A DNA stretch of 64,000 bases from Bacteroidales bacterium (lineage in GTDB: Bacteria; Bacteroidota; Bacteroidia; Bacteroidales; GCA-2748055): positions 63,079 to 127,078 of the forward strand of contig JAXGMU010000001.1 in assembly GCA_040768485.1 (NCBI GenBank), written 5' to 3'. Position numbers and translations under genes: made by a program. How positions within the stretch are numbered: position 1 is the stretch's first letter; each line of letters begins with the position of its first letter. Shown here one piece after another: positions 1 to 9,872 of this stretch. The notes below the pieces were generated by a model, which was not told where the DNA came from, ran no database searches, and saw nothing but the letters and a program-made list of their open reading frames with translations.

Positions 1-1023
1 CAGAATTTCACTCGAGAGGATATCTATTTTGCTCAGTCCGCCGATCCCGAAAAGCGAGATATTCCCTCTTTTCCCCGCCGGGAAGTTCAGCTTGAAAGAA
101 GCATCCTGGTAATTGGGCACCGCATCCGTACCGATACGTATCCCAATGGCACGAAAAATAGCCAGGGTGGAGTAACGATACGCAACCAGGTAGGAAGATC
201 TTCCTTTCCTTGAGATCGGTCCTTCGGCGGTCAGGTCAGTGCCCAGAAAACCCAGCTGTCCTGAAAATTCATGGGTTTCATTGTTGCCATTCCTCATCTT
301 CAGATCGAATACCCCGGCGATGCTGTTTCCATATTCAGCCGGGAAAGCCCCGATCAGAAAATCTGAAACCGACAATACCCTGTTGTTCAGAATCGTAACC
401 GGTCCCCCCGTGGTGCCCGACACACCGAAGTGATTGGGATTCGGAATGTTGACACCCTCCAGTCTCCATAATACGCCAAGGGGAGAATTACCCCTGATCA
501 CCAGGTCATTGTTAGAATCGTTGTTCCCCTGTACACCGGCAAAATTTGAAGCCATCCTTGCAGGATCCCCCCGGCTTCCTGCATATCGTTCCGACTCTTC
601 CACCGAGAATGTCCTTGAACCCACAAAGGCCAGTTTATTCATGGCCGTGCCTTTTTTTTCCGAGGCGATCACATCAATTTCATTGAGCGCAACAGGCGAC
701 TCCTCCATCTCTATGTGAAGGATCACCTCCCTGCTCGAATTGATAATGACATCATGAATCACCACCTGGCGGTAGCCCATGAAAGAAGCAACGATATGAT
801 ACCTGTCAACCGGTAACTGTTCAATCCTGAAATTTCCCGATGAATCGGATATGGCGGCACCGGCAAGAACAGAGTCCGTATACACGGCAACGGTTGCATA
901 CGATAAGGGGGCCCTGGATTCGATGTCCGTGACAGATCCCCTGATGGTCTGCCTGATATCCTGGGTGAAGGCAGAGATGCTGCAGGAGATCAGGATAGAG
1001 CAGATGGCTTTTTTTGTGTTCAT
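1..1023 (-). CDS. TonB-dependent receptor with N-terminal carboxypeptidase-regulatory-like domain (3' end runs off the window)
   Basis: Manual translation from ATG at 1023: MNTKKAICSILISCSISAFTQDIRQTIRGSVTD...SFMGY...YAGSRGDPARMASNFAGV...NDLVIRGNSPLGVLWRLEGVNIPNPNHFG...GAFPAEYGN, a plug-domain signature; open to position 1; absent from the ORF track because truncated. Confidence 0.85.
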   Translation of the reverse strand, partial: MNTKKAICSILISCSISAFTQDIRQTIRGSVTDIESRAPLSYATVAVYTDSVLAGAAISDSSGNFRIEQLPVDRYHIVASFMGYRQVVIHDVIINSSREVILHIEMEESPVALNEIDVIASEKKGTAMNKLAFVGSRTFSVEESERYAGSRGDPARMASNFAGVQGNNDSNNDLVIRGNSPLGVLWRLEGVNIPNPNHFGVSGTTGGPVTILNNRVLSVSDFLIGAFPAEYGNSIAGVFDLKMRNGNNETHEFSGQLGFLGTDLTAEGPISRKGRSSYLVAYRYSTLAIFRAIGIRIGTDAVPNYQDASFKLNFPAGKRGNISLFGIGGLSKIDILSSEIL

Positions 1024-1308
1024 GTGTTTCGTTTTTAGGGTCAGAAAAGCACCAATGTTCTGATAATCACATGACAAAGTTAGATGGCGGAGGACCCGCA
1101 GCAAAACGGAAAACCGCACCCCGGACAGCCGGAATTGCAATTCCTGCAATTTCCTGTTGCAGTACTCCTCATACAGGTATCCGTCTTGTAATTATCATTT
1201 CGGTCTGCAATACCGGAATGAGAAACTGCTATTTATTGATTTGTAAGGGGACCTGTTCCGGCAGGATTTACTAACTTTCACACTCGCGATGCTCTAATAT
1301 CAATACGT

Positions 1309-1998
1309 ATGAAACATATCGTGATCACAGGAGCTGACGGAGGTCTGGGAAGACCCGTGGTTTCTAAATTTCTCCAAGAAAAATATCAGGTCCATGCGAT
1401 CGTTTCCCCCAGAGGAGATGAAGATTTCATGGAAAATGACAACCTGAAAGTCTACCGGGCCAACCTGATGAAAGAAGAAGAAGCTGGCAATACCATCCGG
1501 AAAATAACGGAAATTGCCGGAGAGATCGATGGAGCTGTCCTGATTGTGGGCGGATTCGGCATGGGGACCCTCCAGGAAACCGGACTGGAAGAAATGGAAC
1601 AGATGTACCGGTTGAATTTTATCACTGCCTACAACTGTGCACGGCCCCTGCTGATCCACATGGAAAAGGCAAAAAGCGGGGGACAGATCGTCCTGATCGG
1701 GGCAAGACCGGGCATCGAGCCGGGGGCTGCCAAAGGGATGGTGGCGTATGCGCTGAGCAAGTCGCTGCTGTTCCGGTTGTCGGAGATCATCAACGAAGCC
1801 GGCAGGAAAAGCGGGATCGTTTCCTCGGTCATTGTCCCCAGCATCATTGACACCCCCGCCAACCGGGAGTCCATGCCGGATGCCGATTATTCCCGCTGGG
1901 TCACCGGTGAGGAGATCGCAGAAAACATTCTGCACCTGTTCACCCCCGCCGGCAGGCGCCTGCGCGAACCCGTTCTGAAGGTATACGGTGAATCCTGA
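1309..1998 (+). CDS. Short-chain dehydrogenase/reductase (SDR)
   Basis: TGADGGLG Rossmann motif, YALSK catalytic YxxxK, PSIIDTP. Confidence 0.9.
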   Translation: MKHIVITGADGGLGRPVVSKFLQEKYQVHAIVSPRGDEDFMENDNLKVYRANLMKEEEAGNTIRKITEIAGEIDGAVLIVGGFGMGTLQETGLEEMEQMYRLNFITAYNCARPLLIHMEKAKSGGQIVLIGARPGIEPGAAKGMVAYALSKSLLFRLSEIINEAGRKSGIVSSVIVPSIIDTPANRESMPDADYSRWVTGEEIAENILHLFTPAGRRLREPVLKVYGES

Positions 1999-2007
1999 TC
2001 CGGTCCG

Positions 2008-2937
2008 GTGATGAGCTCAGCAAACAAAATCGTAATTGCGGTACAGGACCTGGTAAAAATCTACGGCAGTGTGGTTGCCGTGGATGGGATCTCCTTCGAA
2101 GTACATGAAGGGGAGATCTTCGGGATGGTGGGGCCCAATGGTGCCGGGAAAACCACAACCATTGAATGCATTGAGGGACTGCGGAATCCGGATCAGGGGG
2201 GCATCCGGGTCCTGGGGATGGAGCCCAAACACAGCAAGTACAGGCTCCAGAAACGCATCGGTGTGCAGCTCCAGGAATCCGCCCTGCCCGACAGGATCAA
2301 AGTATGGGAGGCGATGGACCTGTTTGCTTCCATTTATTCCCTTTCTTCCGACTGGCATCCTTTGCTGGAAAAACTTGGCCTGACGGAAAAAATAAAAGCC
2401 ACCTACAGCAAGCTGTCAGGAGGCCAGAAACAGCGGCTCTTCATCGCCCTTGCACTGATCAACGATCCCGAGGTGGTATTCCTGGACGAACTGACTACCG
2501 GGCTGGATCCCCATGCCCGCCGGGCCATATGGGACCTCGTGCTGGGCATCAGGGACCAGGGAAAGACGGTGGTGCTGACCACCCACTTCATGGAGGAGGC
2601 GGAGAGGCTTTGCAACCGGGTGGCGATCGTGGATCAGGGACGCATCGTTGCACTGGATACACCGGAAAACCTGATCCGGTCCCTGGGTCCCGAATTCCGG
2701 GTGACCTTCCGGGTAACCGGACCTAACGAAAAGAAAGCAATAAAAAAGATACAGGGCGTCAGCCGAATTGAACAGAAAGATGACAGGGTAACCATACACG
2801 GAAAGGGGGACAGGCTGCTGAGCGGGGTGGTCAATACACTGGAAAAAGGCGGCTTCGGGTTCAGGGACCTGCGCACCGAGCACCCCACGCTGGAGGATGT
2901 GTTTTTAATACTTACAGGCAAAAAAATAAGGGACTGA
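2008..2937 (+). CDS. ABC transporter ATP-binding protein (DrrA/multidrug type)
   Basis: GPNGAGKT Walker A, LSGGQ signature, FLDE Walker B, TTH switch. Confidence 0.95.
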   Translation: MMSSANKIVIAVQDLVKIYGSVVAVDGISFEVHEGEIFGMVGPNGAGKTTTIECIEGLRNPDQGGIRVLGMEPKHSKYRLQKRIGVQLQESALPDRIKVWEAMDLFASIYSLSSDWHPLLEKLGLTEKIKATYSKLSGGQKQRLFIALALINDPEVVFLDELTTGLDPHARRAIWDLVLGIRDQGKTVVLTTHFMEEAERLCNRVAIVDQGRIVALDTPENLIRSLGPEFRVTFRVTGPNEKKAIKKIQGVSRIEQKDDRVTIHGKGDRLLSGVVNTLEKGGFGFRDLRTEHPTLEDVFLILTGKKIRD

Positions 2938-3695
2938 TGGCAGGAACGCAGATCAAAACCCTGTGGAAGATGACCTGGGTGGAAACAAAGCTGTTTCTTC
3001 GCGAACCCATGGCAGCCTTTTTTACCCTTGCATTTCCTCTGATGATCCTTTTCCTCTTCGGAGGCATCTATGGCAATGAACCGAATGAGATGTTCGGGGG
3101 CCGCGGAACGGTGGACATGCTGGTCCCCGCCTACATGGGGATGATCATCGGAACCGTGGGGCTCATGTTTGTGACCATCAACATGGCCACCTACCGGGAA
3201 AAAGGGATCCTCCGGCGTTTCAAAACCACCCCTCTCCGCCCGGTGATCATCCTGCTGGATACCGTCCTGGTGAATTTTGCCATGACGCTGGTGGGCACGG
3301 GTCTGTTGATTGTGGCTGCGATCCTGGCTTTCGATTTAAGGTTCGACGGACATGTATTCCCGTTCCTGCTGGCATTCATCCTGGCATCGCTGAGCTTTTT
3401 CTCCCTGGGTTTCGTGATCGCCAGCCTGGCCCCCACCTCGCGGGTTTCGCAGGTTGTCGGAATGGTGCTGTTTTACCCGATGCTGTTCCTGTCAGGAGCA
3501 TCCATCCCCCTTCAGATCATGCCCGGCAGCGTCCAGAAAATTGCCGATTTCCTTCCCCTGACCTATGTGGTCAAACTGCTGCAGGGAGTATGGTTCGGGG
3601 AACCTGCGGGGGAACATTTTTTTGAGATCCTGATCCTGACCGGGCTCCTGGTTGTTTGTGCGGTCATCTCCGCCCTTACCTTCCGGTGGGAATAG
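2937..3695 (+). CDS. ABC-2 type transporter permease
   Basis: About 6 TM segments, YREKGILRRFKTTPL motif, FLSG and LPLTY motifs; TGATG coupling to the ATPase. Confidence 0.9.
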   Translation: MAGTQIKTLWKMTWVETKLFLREPMAAFFTLAFPLMILFLFGGIYGNEPNEMFGGRGTVDMLVPAYMGMIIGTVGLMFVTINMATYREKGILRRFKTTPLRPVIILLDTVLVNFAMTLVGTGLLIVAAILAFDLRFDGHVFPFLLAFILASLSFFSLGFVIASLAPTSRVSQVVGMVLFYPMLFLSGASIPLQIMPGSVQKIADFLPLTYVVKLLQGVWFGEPAGEHFFEILILTGLLVVCAVISALTFRWE

Positions 3696-3699
3696 CAGG

Positions 3700-4935
3700 T
3701 CAGGACTCCGATCGGTCTGTGATCCGGCCGGATACCTGCCGCAGAATGTCGGTATTGTAATATTGAAGCGAGTTGCCGCAATGCACGATGATGACCTCCT
3801 CTCCGGGGATCATGTAGATCTCCTGGCCCAGGTTTCCCGAGGCGAAGAACCGGAAGGTGGAATCGCAGGCGGTGTGTCCCCACCAGTGGTATTTGTAGTA
3901 GGTGCGTTCACATCCTCCGCCCATCCAGTCGGGGTATATATCACGCGGAACGGTGGTATCTTCCGTCACCGATTCCCTGACCCACTCAGCGGTAATGATC
4001 TGCTTCCCGTCCCAGTTGCCTTGATTCAGGAAGAGCCGGCCGACCCGGGCATAGTCGATGGCCCTGGCGATGAGCCTGCTGGGCATGTATTCGAACCCTG
4101 ATTTTTTGCTGTCGATGGAGAACAGGGCATCGTATTCCATCACCCGCGACCACAGTTTCTCCTCCAGGTATTCCGATACCGTTTTGCCGGTGGCCCTTTC
4201 AATGACCATGCCCAGGTAGCTGGTATTGTAATTGCAATACTGAAAAGTCCTTCCGGGTTCTCCTGCAATCTTCACCCTTTTCAGGAGAAGCTTTCGCACG
4301 TTGCCATGGTAATACCCCACCGCCTCATCGTGCCAGGGTGCATGGATGTTGATTCCGGGCAGATAAGAAAGGTTGTATTTCAGTCCGCTCTGCATCATCA
4401 GGAGGTTCCTGAGGGTGATCTTTTCGAAACGGGGATCGCGCTCCGACAGCTCGGGCACATAATCTGTCAAAGGGTCTTCAATGCTGCGGATGTATCCGTC
4501 TTCAACGGCAAAACCAATCAGCAGGGAAATGAAGGATTTGGCCATCGACTGGGAATGGAAATAGGAATCCCTGCCGAATCCGTTGAAATACTTTTCATAG
4601 AGAATGGTATCACGCCGGATCACGATCAGGGCTGTTGTCTGTGATCCCTCCGCCCATTCTTCCAGGCTGTTGAAACCGTATGATTCCACCGCATCCCTGA
4701 AGAGCGATTCTGTGTATGCTTCATCATGATCAGCCGTGAATGAAAATGCTTCTTCCGATGCCCGTATCACCCGATTCTCGAAATGGTTGTAATCATACAC
4801 ATCCGCCACATTGAAGCGGGCCAGCCTGTAAACATATTTGGGGGAGTACCGGGCTGAAAGCAAAAGGATGATCACCACCGGGATGGAAAGCAGGATAAGG
4901 AAGAGATAACCAATAAATTTTCCGATGCGCCTCAT
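3700..4935 (-). CDS. Serine hydrolase, beta-lactamase class C / NylB-like family
   Basis: SMAK (SxxK) motif, LLMMQSG, FQYCNYN, N-terminal TM anchor; start moved to ATG of MRRIGK. Confidence 0.85.
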   Translation of the reverse strand: MRRIGKFIGYLFLILLSIPVVIILLLSARYSPKYVYRLARFNVADVYDYNHFENRVIRASEEAFSFTADHDEAYTESLFRDAVESYGFNSLEEWAEGSQTTALIVIRRDTILYEKYFNGFGRDSYFHSQSMAKSFISLLIGFAVEDGYIRSIEDPLTDYVPELSERDPRFEKITLRNLLMMQSGLKYNLSYLPGINIHAPWHDEAVGYYHGNVRKLLLKRVKIAGEPGRTFQYCNYNTSYLGMVIERATGKTVSEYLEEKLWSRVMEYDALFSIDSKKSGFEYMPSRLIARAIDYARVGRLFLNQGNWDGKQIITAEWVRESVTEDTTVPRDIYPDWMGGGCERTYYKYHWWGHTACDSTFRFFASGNLGQEIYMIPGEEVIIVHCGNSLQYYNTDILRQVSGRITDRSES

Positions 4936-4948
4936 GAAGTGTCTCCGG

Positions 4949-5665
4949 CTAAGCTTCAAACTGAAGTTCTTTCCGGGATACGCTCCCGGCCTTCCCGCCA
5001 CGGATGATCAGCCATAGGGCGAACAGGATCTCCCCCAGGGCCATGGGCACGCTGAGGATTTTTTCCACGGCTGCCACCGCACGCTCACTTCCCGGGAAAA
5101 CAGACCCGGCGAAATTGAGAAGGAAATAACTGGCTCCGGCAAAAAGCAGCAATATCCCCAGCCAGCGGGGTACACTCACCGAGCGCATGCTCAGAAGCCC
5201 GAGTCCGATCAGGTGGATCCCGAAGATCATCAATCCCAGCGACCAGATCCCGGTAAACGACCCGGCCAGTGTCAGGATCTGTTGTCCGGCCGTTTCGGCA
5301 ACGGTTGTCTCCGCGCCCCGGATGAAGGGAATGATCCTGAAAAGATGGACCAGGGCAAATCCCAGGAAAGCGGTATAGGCGAATCGCACCAGCGCGGTCA
5401 TCAGGGACAGGTTCCTGTTCACATCCCTGAAAAAGAGGTAAAGGGTCCATGCGACGATGAGGTCGGTGAGGAAGATCAGGATCCATCCTCCCAGTCCGGT
5501 ATAGAATTGAGACGCCAGCAACCTTAACTGGTGGTAGGTCGCCTGGGGATCCTCCTCCAGGATCGTGTTTCCGTAGACATATCCGTAGGAAAAGCCTGCT
5601 GCGATTGCCATGACAAGCAGAGAGATACCGGCGATGAGTGCATTTCTTCTTTTGTTTGTGCTCAT
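4949..5665 (-). CDS. DUF4386-family membrane protein
   Basis: Multi-TM; LYLFFRDVNRNLSL, GLMIFGIHL and GEILFALWLIIRG motifs typical of the family. Confidence 0.7.
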   Translation of the reverse strand: MSTNKRRNALIAGISLLVMAIAAGFSYGYVYGNTILEEDPQATYHQLRLLASQFYTGLGGWILIFLTDLIVAWTLYLFFRDVNRNLSLMTALVRFAYTAFLGFALVHLFRIIPFIRGAETTVAETAGQQILTLAGSFTGIWSLGLMIFGIHLIGLGLLSMRSVSVPRWLGILLLFAGASYFLLNFAGSVFPGSERAVAAVEKILSVPMALGEILFALWLIIRGGKAGSVSRKELQFEA

Positions 5666-5740
5666 GATATGTTTGTTTGGACAGGAGCTGTCCAACCATT
5701 AACCACCGGTAAAGGATAATGTTTATTTTTTTAACAAACC

Positions 5741-6652
5741 TTATTTTGGTGTTGGAATGAATCTGGATACGCGCTTTTTGTATTCCGCATACTCCGGATA
5801 TTTCCGTGAAGAGATGGATTCGCTGAAGTTGCTGCTTCCCCAGAAAAGCAAAACCAGGAGGATGGCTCCCATGACCGACCAGTTAAACCAACGGCCGGTA
5901 GCCGCTACACTGAAAAAGTAGAAAACGATCCAGACGGCCTGCTCGGCAGCATAATTGGGGTGACGCGCATATTTCCACAAACCTGTATCCAGGAATCCTT
6001 TTTTATACCTTTCCGGGATATCTTTTCCCTCTCCTGCCAGGATTCTTTTCTGCTTCTGATACTCCCATTGCTGCTGATCGGCGATGGTCTCCAGAACAAC
6101 AAACAACAGGAAGAGTGCTGCAAGCAGGAAATCCGCCCAGAAAAGCGGTTTCCCGTTCATGCTTTTCAGCGCCGGCAGGGTCATCAGCAGGATCAGGCCC
6201 ATCTGGTACAGGGAAATGAAAACCAGGTTGAAAAGGACCCATTTCCAGCCGGGCCGGAATTCGCGCTTGCTGCGAAGTACCGCCCACCTGTAATCTTCCA
6301 CCCCGTCCCATATCCTGATGGAATAACCACCCCTCCGGTTAAAATTATAGGTCAGCCTGATCCCCCAGATGGTCACCAGCACTGCCATCAGCACCAGCCT
6401 GGCCTCAAATCCGGAACTGAAAGAGATAATCCAGGCATAGACCACCGGCATGATGCTCCAGAGCTTGTCCACCTGGCTGAAGTTGCCTGTGATCGTGCTC
6501 ACCGTAAAACTGAGCAGCGCAGCGGCAATATACAGGATGAACAACCTTGTGAGCACGACCTTCTGGTGGTCGGTCAACGGGTCGTTGAACTTAAAAGCAA
6601 GGAAAGGGATCACAATAATACCCAGGATCAGCAAAAGGGCGGTTTTCCACAT
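5741..6652 (-). CDS. DUF1295-family (steroid 5-alpha-reductase-like) membrane protein
   Basis: SQVDKLWS, EDYRW, ETIADQQQW, GLWKYARHPNY motifs. Confidence 0.85.
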   Translation of the reverse strand: MWKTALLLILGIIVIPFLAFKFNDPLTDHQKVVLTRLFILYIAAALLSFTVSTITGNFSQVDKLWSIMPVVYAWIISFSSGFEARLVLMAVLVTIWGIRLTYNFNRRGGYSIRIWDGVEDYRWAVLRSKREFRPGWKWVLFNLVFISLYQMGLILLMTLPALKSMNGKPLFWADFLLAALFLLFVVLETIADQQQWEYQKQKRILAGEGKDIPERYKKGFLDTGLWKYARHPNYAAEQAVWIVFYFFSVAATGRWFNWSVMGAILLVLLFWGSSNFSESISSRKYPEYAEYKKRVSRFIPTPK

Positions 6653-6767
6653 GAGATCTCTTCGTTTTAGGATTAGACATTCAAATCAATCCGGGCTGGC
6701 AGGCGGTAAATATACACATTGATTTGAAAAGTGAAAATCTTAAAAAAAATTTCTCTATAATAAAAAC

Positions 6768-6787
6768 TGTTCGTAAATTTGCGAACA
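6768..6787 (+). promoter_or_regulatory. Probable ArsR operator overlapping the Bacteroidota -7 promoter element
   Basis: TGTTCG-TAAATTTG-CGAACA perfect 6-8-6 inverted repeat; the spacer is the TAnnTTTG consensus; 12 nt upstream of arsR. Confidence 0.75.
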
Positions 6788-6799
6788 ATAGAAACCGGC

Positions 6800-7099
6800 A
6801 TGAAGATAGCGGAAGATGTGATTACGGATGAGCATAAGAAGGCTGCCCGTTACGCCAAGGCCATGGGGCATCCCATCCGGTTGTATGTTCTGGAGCTGCT
6901 TTCCAGCCAGAGTTGCTGTTACAGCGGCGACCTGTCAGAGATCCTACCCATCGCCAAATCCACTCTTTCACAGCATCTGAGGGAGCTGAAAGAAGCGGGA
7001 CTGATCCAGGGAGAGATTGAAGCACCGCGGATCAGGTATTGCATCAACAAAGAGAACTGGGAAGAAGCGCAGCGGCTTTTCAGGAAAATTCTGAAGTGA
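6800..7099 (+). CDS. arsR: ArsR/SmtB metalloregulator
   Basis: KAMGHPIRL, CC pair, STLSQHLRELKEAGLIQG HTH, C-terminal YC; heads the ars operon. Confidence 0.92.
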   Translation: MKIAEDVITDEHKKAARYAKAMGHPIRLYVLELLSSQSCCYSGDLSEILPIAKSTLSQHLRELKEAGLIQGEIEAPRIRYCINKENWEEAQRLFRKILK

Positions 7100-7115
7100 A
7101 AAAATTTATCCGGAT

Positions 7116-7135
7116 TGTTCGGCCTTTTGCGAACT
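7116..7135 (+). promoter_or_regulatory. Second copy of the putative ArsR operator
   Basis: TGTTCG-GCCTTTTG-CGAACT, same arms and 8-nt spacer as 6768-6787. Confidence 0.65.
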
Positions 7136-7162
7136 ACGAATTATAAAACATATAAAAGAAAG

Positions 7163-7405
7163 ATGATGGAAATAAAAGTACTGGGCACAGGATGCCCGAA
7201 ATGCAGAGCGCTTGAAAAGGCTGCACAGGATGCGGCTTCCGAACTGGGAATGGATGCATCCATTGTCAAGGAAGATGATATCATGAAGATCATGGGGTAC
7301 GGCATCATGCGCACACCCGGACTGGTGATCAATGAAAAGGTGGTGCTCTCAGGGCGTGTCCCCTCTGTGAATGAATTGAAACAGATCCTTACACAAAATC
7401 AATAA
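7163..7405 (+). CDS. Small thioredoxin-like redox-active disulfide protein (MTH895/ArsE family)
   Basis: IKVLGTGCPKC and YGIMRTPGLVINEKV motifs, about 80 aa. Confidence 0.85.
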   Translation: MMEIKVLGTGCPKCRALEKAAQDAASELGMDASIVKEDDIMKIMGYGIMRTPGLVINEKVVLSGRVPSVNELKQILTQNQ

Positions 7406-7409
7406 TCCC

Positions 7410-7820
7410 ATGAAACGAACTTATCTGTTTATCATCGTGATGGTATCACTGGGCCTGAATTTTTCCTGCTCGGCACAACCCGGGAATAAAGACGGGAATA
7501 CGGCTGTTTCGGAAGCCGGGGATGTGGAAGTCTTTTATTTCCATTTCACCCGCAGGTGTGTCACCTGCCAGGCAGTGGAAACAGAGGCAAAAGAAGCCAT
7601 TGCTGAAATGTACGGCGACCGGGTTTCTTTTACCGGTTATAACCTGGAAGAACCTGACGGAGAACAGAAAGCCCGCGATCTGGGCGTATCCGGTCAGACA
7701 TTGCTGATCGTCCACGGGGATCAGAAGATCAACATTACCAACGAAGGTTTTATGTATGCCCGCAGCGATCCGGAAAAATTCAAAAAGATCATTTCGGACC
7801 AGATCACCCCTCTCCTGTAG
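7410..7820 (+). CDS. Exported thioredoxin-fold protein, ArsF-like
   Basis: Signal peptide; VEVFYFHFTRRCVTCQAVE; position in ars operon. Confidence 0.75.
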   Translation: MKRTYLFIIVMVSLGLNFSCSAQPGNKDGNTAVSEAGDVEVFYFHFTRRCVTCQAVETEAKEAIAEMYGDRVSFTGYNLEEPDGEQKARDLGVSGQTLLIVHGDQKINITNEGFMYARSDPEKFKKIISDQITPLL

Positions 7821-7829
7821 AAGCGAAAG

Positions 7830-8531
7830 ATGGAAGGTTTCCTGAGCAGTCTGGCCGGTAACAGCTCCGTTCCTGTCCTGACCGCCTTCCTGCTGGGACT
7901 GATGACCGCCATCAGTCCCTGTCCCATGGCCACCAACATCACGGCCATCGGATATATCGGAAGGGAGGTTGAGAGCAGAAGGAGGGTGTTTATCAACGGA
8001 TTGGTATACACCGCCGGAAGGGCGCTTTCCTATACACTGCTGGCCCTGATCATATTCTTCGGGGCGGACCAGCTCAGGATTTCCGGCTGGTTTCAGCAGT
8101 ATGGTGAAAAGATCATCGGTCCGTTGCTGATCGTGATCGGGTTGTTGATGCTGGATATCGTGAAGATAAAATTTCCCGGTCTTGCCGGCCTGACCGGCCG
8201 TTTTCAGAAGAAAGGATTCGGCAGATACCGGGATGTGTTACTGCTGGGGGTTGTTTTCGCGCTTGCTTTCTGTCCTTACAGCGGGGTAATTTATTTCGGC
8301 ATGTTGATCCCCATGACCATCAGCAGCGCATCGGGGCTGTACCTGCCGGTTGTATTTGCCCTCGCCACCGGGATACCGGTGATCATCTTTGCATGGCTCC
8401 TGGCCTATACGGTATCCGGTGTGGGAAAACTGTATAACAGGATGAAAGCATTTGAGATCTGGTTCCGGAGGGTCGTATCCGTGGTATTTATCGGGACCGG
8501 GATCTATTATGTGGTGATCATTTATTTCTGA
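7830..8531 (+). CDS. CcdA/DsbD-TM-like membrane protein, ArsG-like
   Basis: ISPCP and AFCPYS conserved TM cysteines; about 6 TM segments. Confidence 0.8.
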   Translation: MEGFLSSLAGNSSVPVLTAFLLGLMTAISPCPMATNITAIGYIGREVESRRRVFINGLVYTAGRALSYTLLALIIFFGADQLRISGWFQQYGEKIIGPLLIVIGLLMLDIVKIKFPGLAGLTGRFQKKGFGRYRDVLLLGVVFALAFCPYSGVIYFGMLIPMTISSASGLYLPVVFALATGIPVIIFAWLLAYTVSGVGKLYNRMKAFEIWFRRVVSVVFIGTGIYYVVIIYF

Positions 8532-8536
8532 AGCAT

Positions 8537-9853
8537 ATGGACTGGAAGAAGGAGATTAAGATACTTTTCTGGATAACCGCGGTTTTCCTGGGGGCATTTT
8601 TCCTGCCGGTGGAACATGTACGGTTCCGGGAAGCGGTCATGGCCATGTTCGACCTGACCAAATGGTATGCCAGGGAACATGTGATCCTCTGCCTGCTGCC
8701 CGCATTTTTCATTGCCGGGGTCATCGCGGTATTTGTGAGCCAGGGGGCCGTCATGAAATATTTCGGTGCAAAAGCAAAAAAATGGATCGCTTATTCGGTA
8801 GCCTCGGTATCGGGTACGATCCTGGCCGTATGCAGCTGCACCATTCTGCCGTTGTTTTCCAGCATCCACAAGCGCGGGGCGGGACTGGGTCCGGCCATTG
8901 CCTTTCTCTATTCCGGTCCGGCCATCAACATCCTGGCCATCATCCTCACCGCCCGGATCCTGGGTATGGAGATGGGTGTGGCACGGATCATCGGTGCCGT
9001 AGTCTTTGCCATCGTGATCGGTTCGTTGATGTCGCTGATCTACAGGAAAGAGGAACTGGCCAAACGGGAGGAGCAGATCAATTTCCCCGATATGCCCGAG
9101 AAGCGTCCCGTATGGCAGACCGCATTCCATTTTTTTATCCTGGTCCTCATCCTGGTGTTTGCCAACTGGGGAAAGCCGGACGAAGGGGTAACCGAGGGCG
9201 CCTGGTACCATATCTGGGCCAACAAATGGTACATCACATCCGGATTTGCCGTATTGCTTGTGTTTTCACTGATCTATATCCTGAAGCTTAAATGGACCCA
9301 TGTGGCCCTTGCCGCGGTTGTCACCGCTTTGTCCGCATTCCTGGCTGCTTCCCCCATGATCCCCATGATCACAGGTATGGCCGCCCTTTCTGTCATCACG
9401 CTTTTAGATAAACGGGACCCGGAAAACAGGGAGTGGACCCTCTCCTCCTGGGACTTTGCCAAACAGATCATGCCCCTGCTGGCGATCGGGGTGCTCATTG
9501 CCGGCTTCCTGCTCGGGTCCACCCATGACGACACCGCCATCGCAGGGATCATTCCCAATGAATGGGTGGCCCGGCTGGTGGGAGGCAACTCCATCGCTTC
9601 CAATTTCTTTGCTTCCATCGTGGGTGCATTCATGTATTTTGCCACGCTCACCGAGGTGCCCATTCTGCAGGGGCTGATTGCCGCCGGGATGGGAAAAGGA
9701 CCGGCCCTGGCGTTGCTGCTGGCGGGACCATCCCTGTCATTGCCCAATATGCTGGTCATCCGTGGCGTGATCGGAACTCAGAAAACAATTGTGTATGTGG
9801 TTCTGGTGGTTATCATGGCCACCGTTACCGGCTTGATATACGGACTCATCTAA
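8537..9853 (+). CDS. arsP: ArsP/DUF318 organoarsenical permease
   Basis: LAVCSCTILP, AFLYSGPAIN, MYFATLTEVP, ALLLAGPSLSLP motifs. Confidence 0.85.
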   Translation: MDWKKEIKILFWITAVFLGAFFLPVEHVRFREAVMAMFDLTKWYAREHVILCLLPAFFIAGVIAVFVSQGAVMKYFGAKAKKWIAYSVASVSGTILAVCSCTILPLFSSIHKRGAGLGPAIAFLYSGPAINILAIILTARILGMEMGVARIIGAVVFAIVIGSLMSLIYRKEELAKREEQINFPDMPEKRPVWQTAFHFFILVLILVFANWGKPDEGVTEGAWYHIWANKWYITSGFAVLLVFSLIYILKLKWTHVALAAVVTALSAFLAASPMIPMITGMAALSVITLLDKRDPENREWTLSSWDFAKQIMPLLAIGVLIAGFLLGSTHDDTAIAGIIPNEWVARLVGGNSIASNFFASIVGAFMYFATLTEVPILQGLIAAGMGKGPALALLLAGPSLSLPNMLVIRGVIGTQKTIVYVVLVVIMATVTGLIYGLI

Positions 9854-9872
9854 CAATAAATATATTGCAATC

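Noticed and set aside
3700..4935. Antibiotic-resistance beta-lactamase
   Set aside because: Motifs fit the broad NylB/esterase-like serine hydrolases; no evidence for beta-lactam specificity
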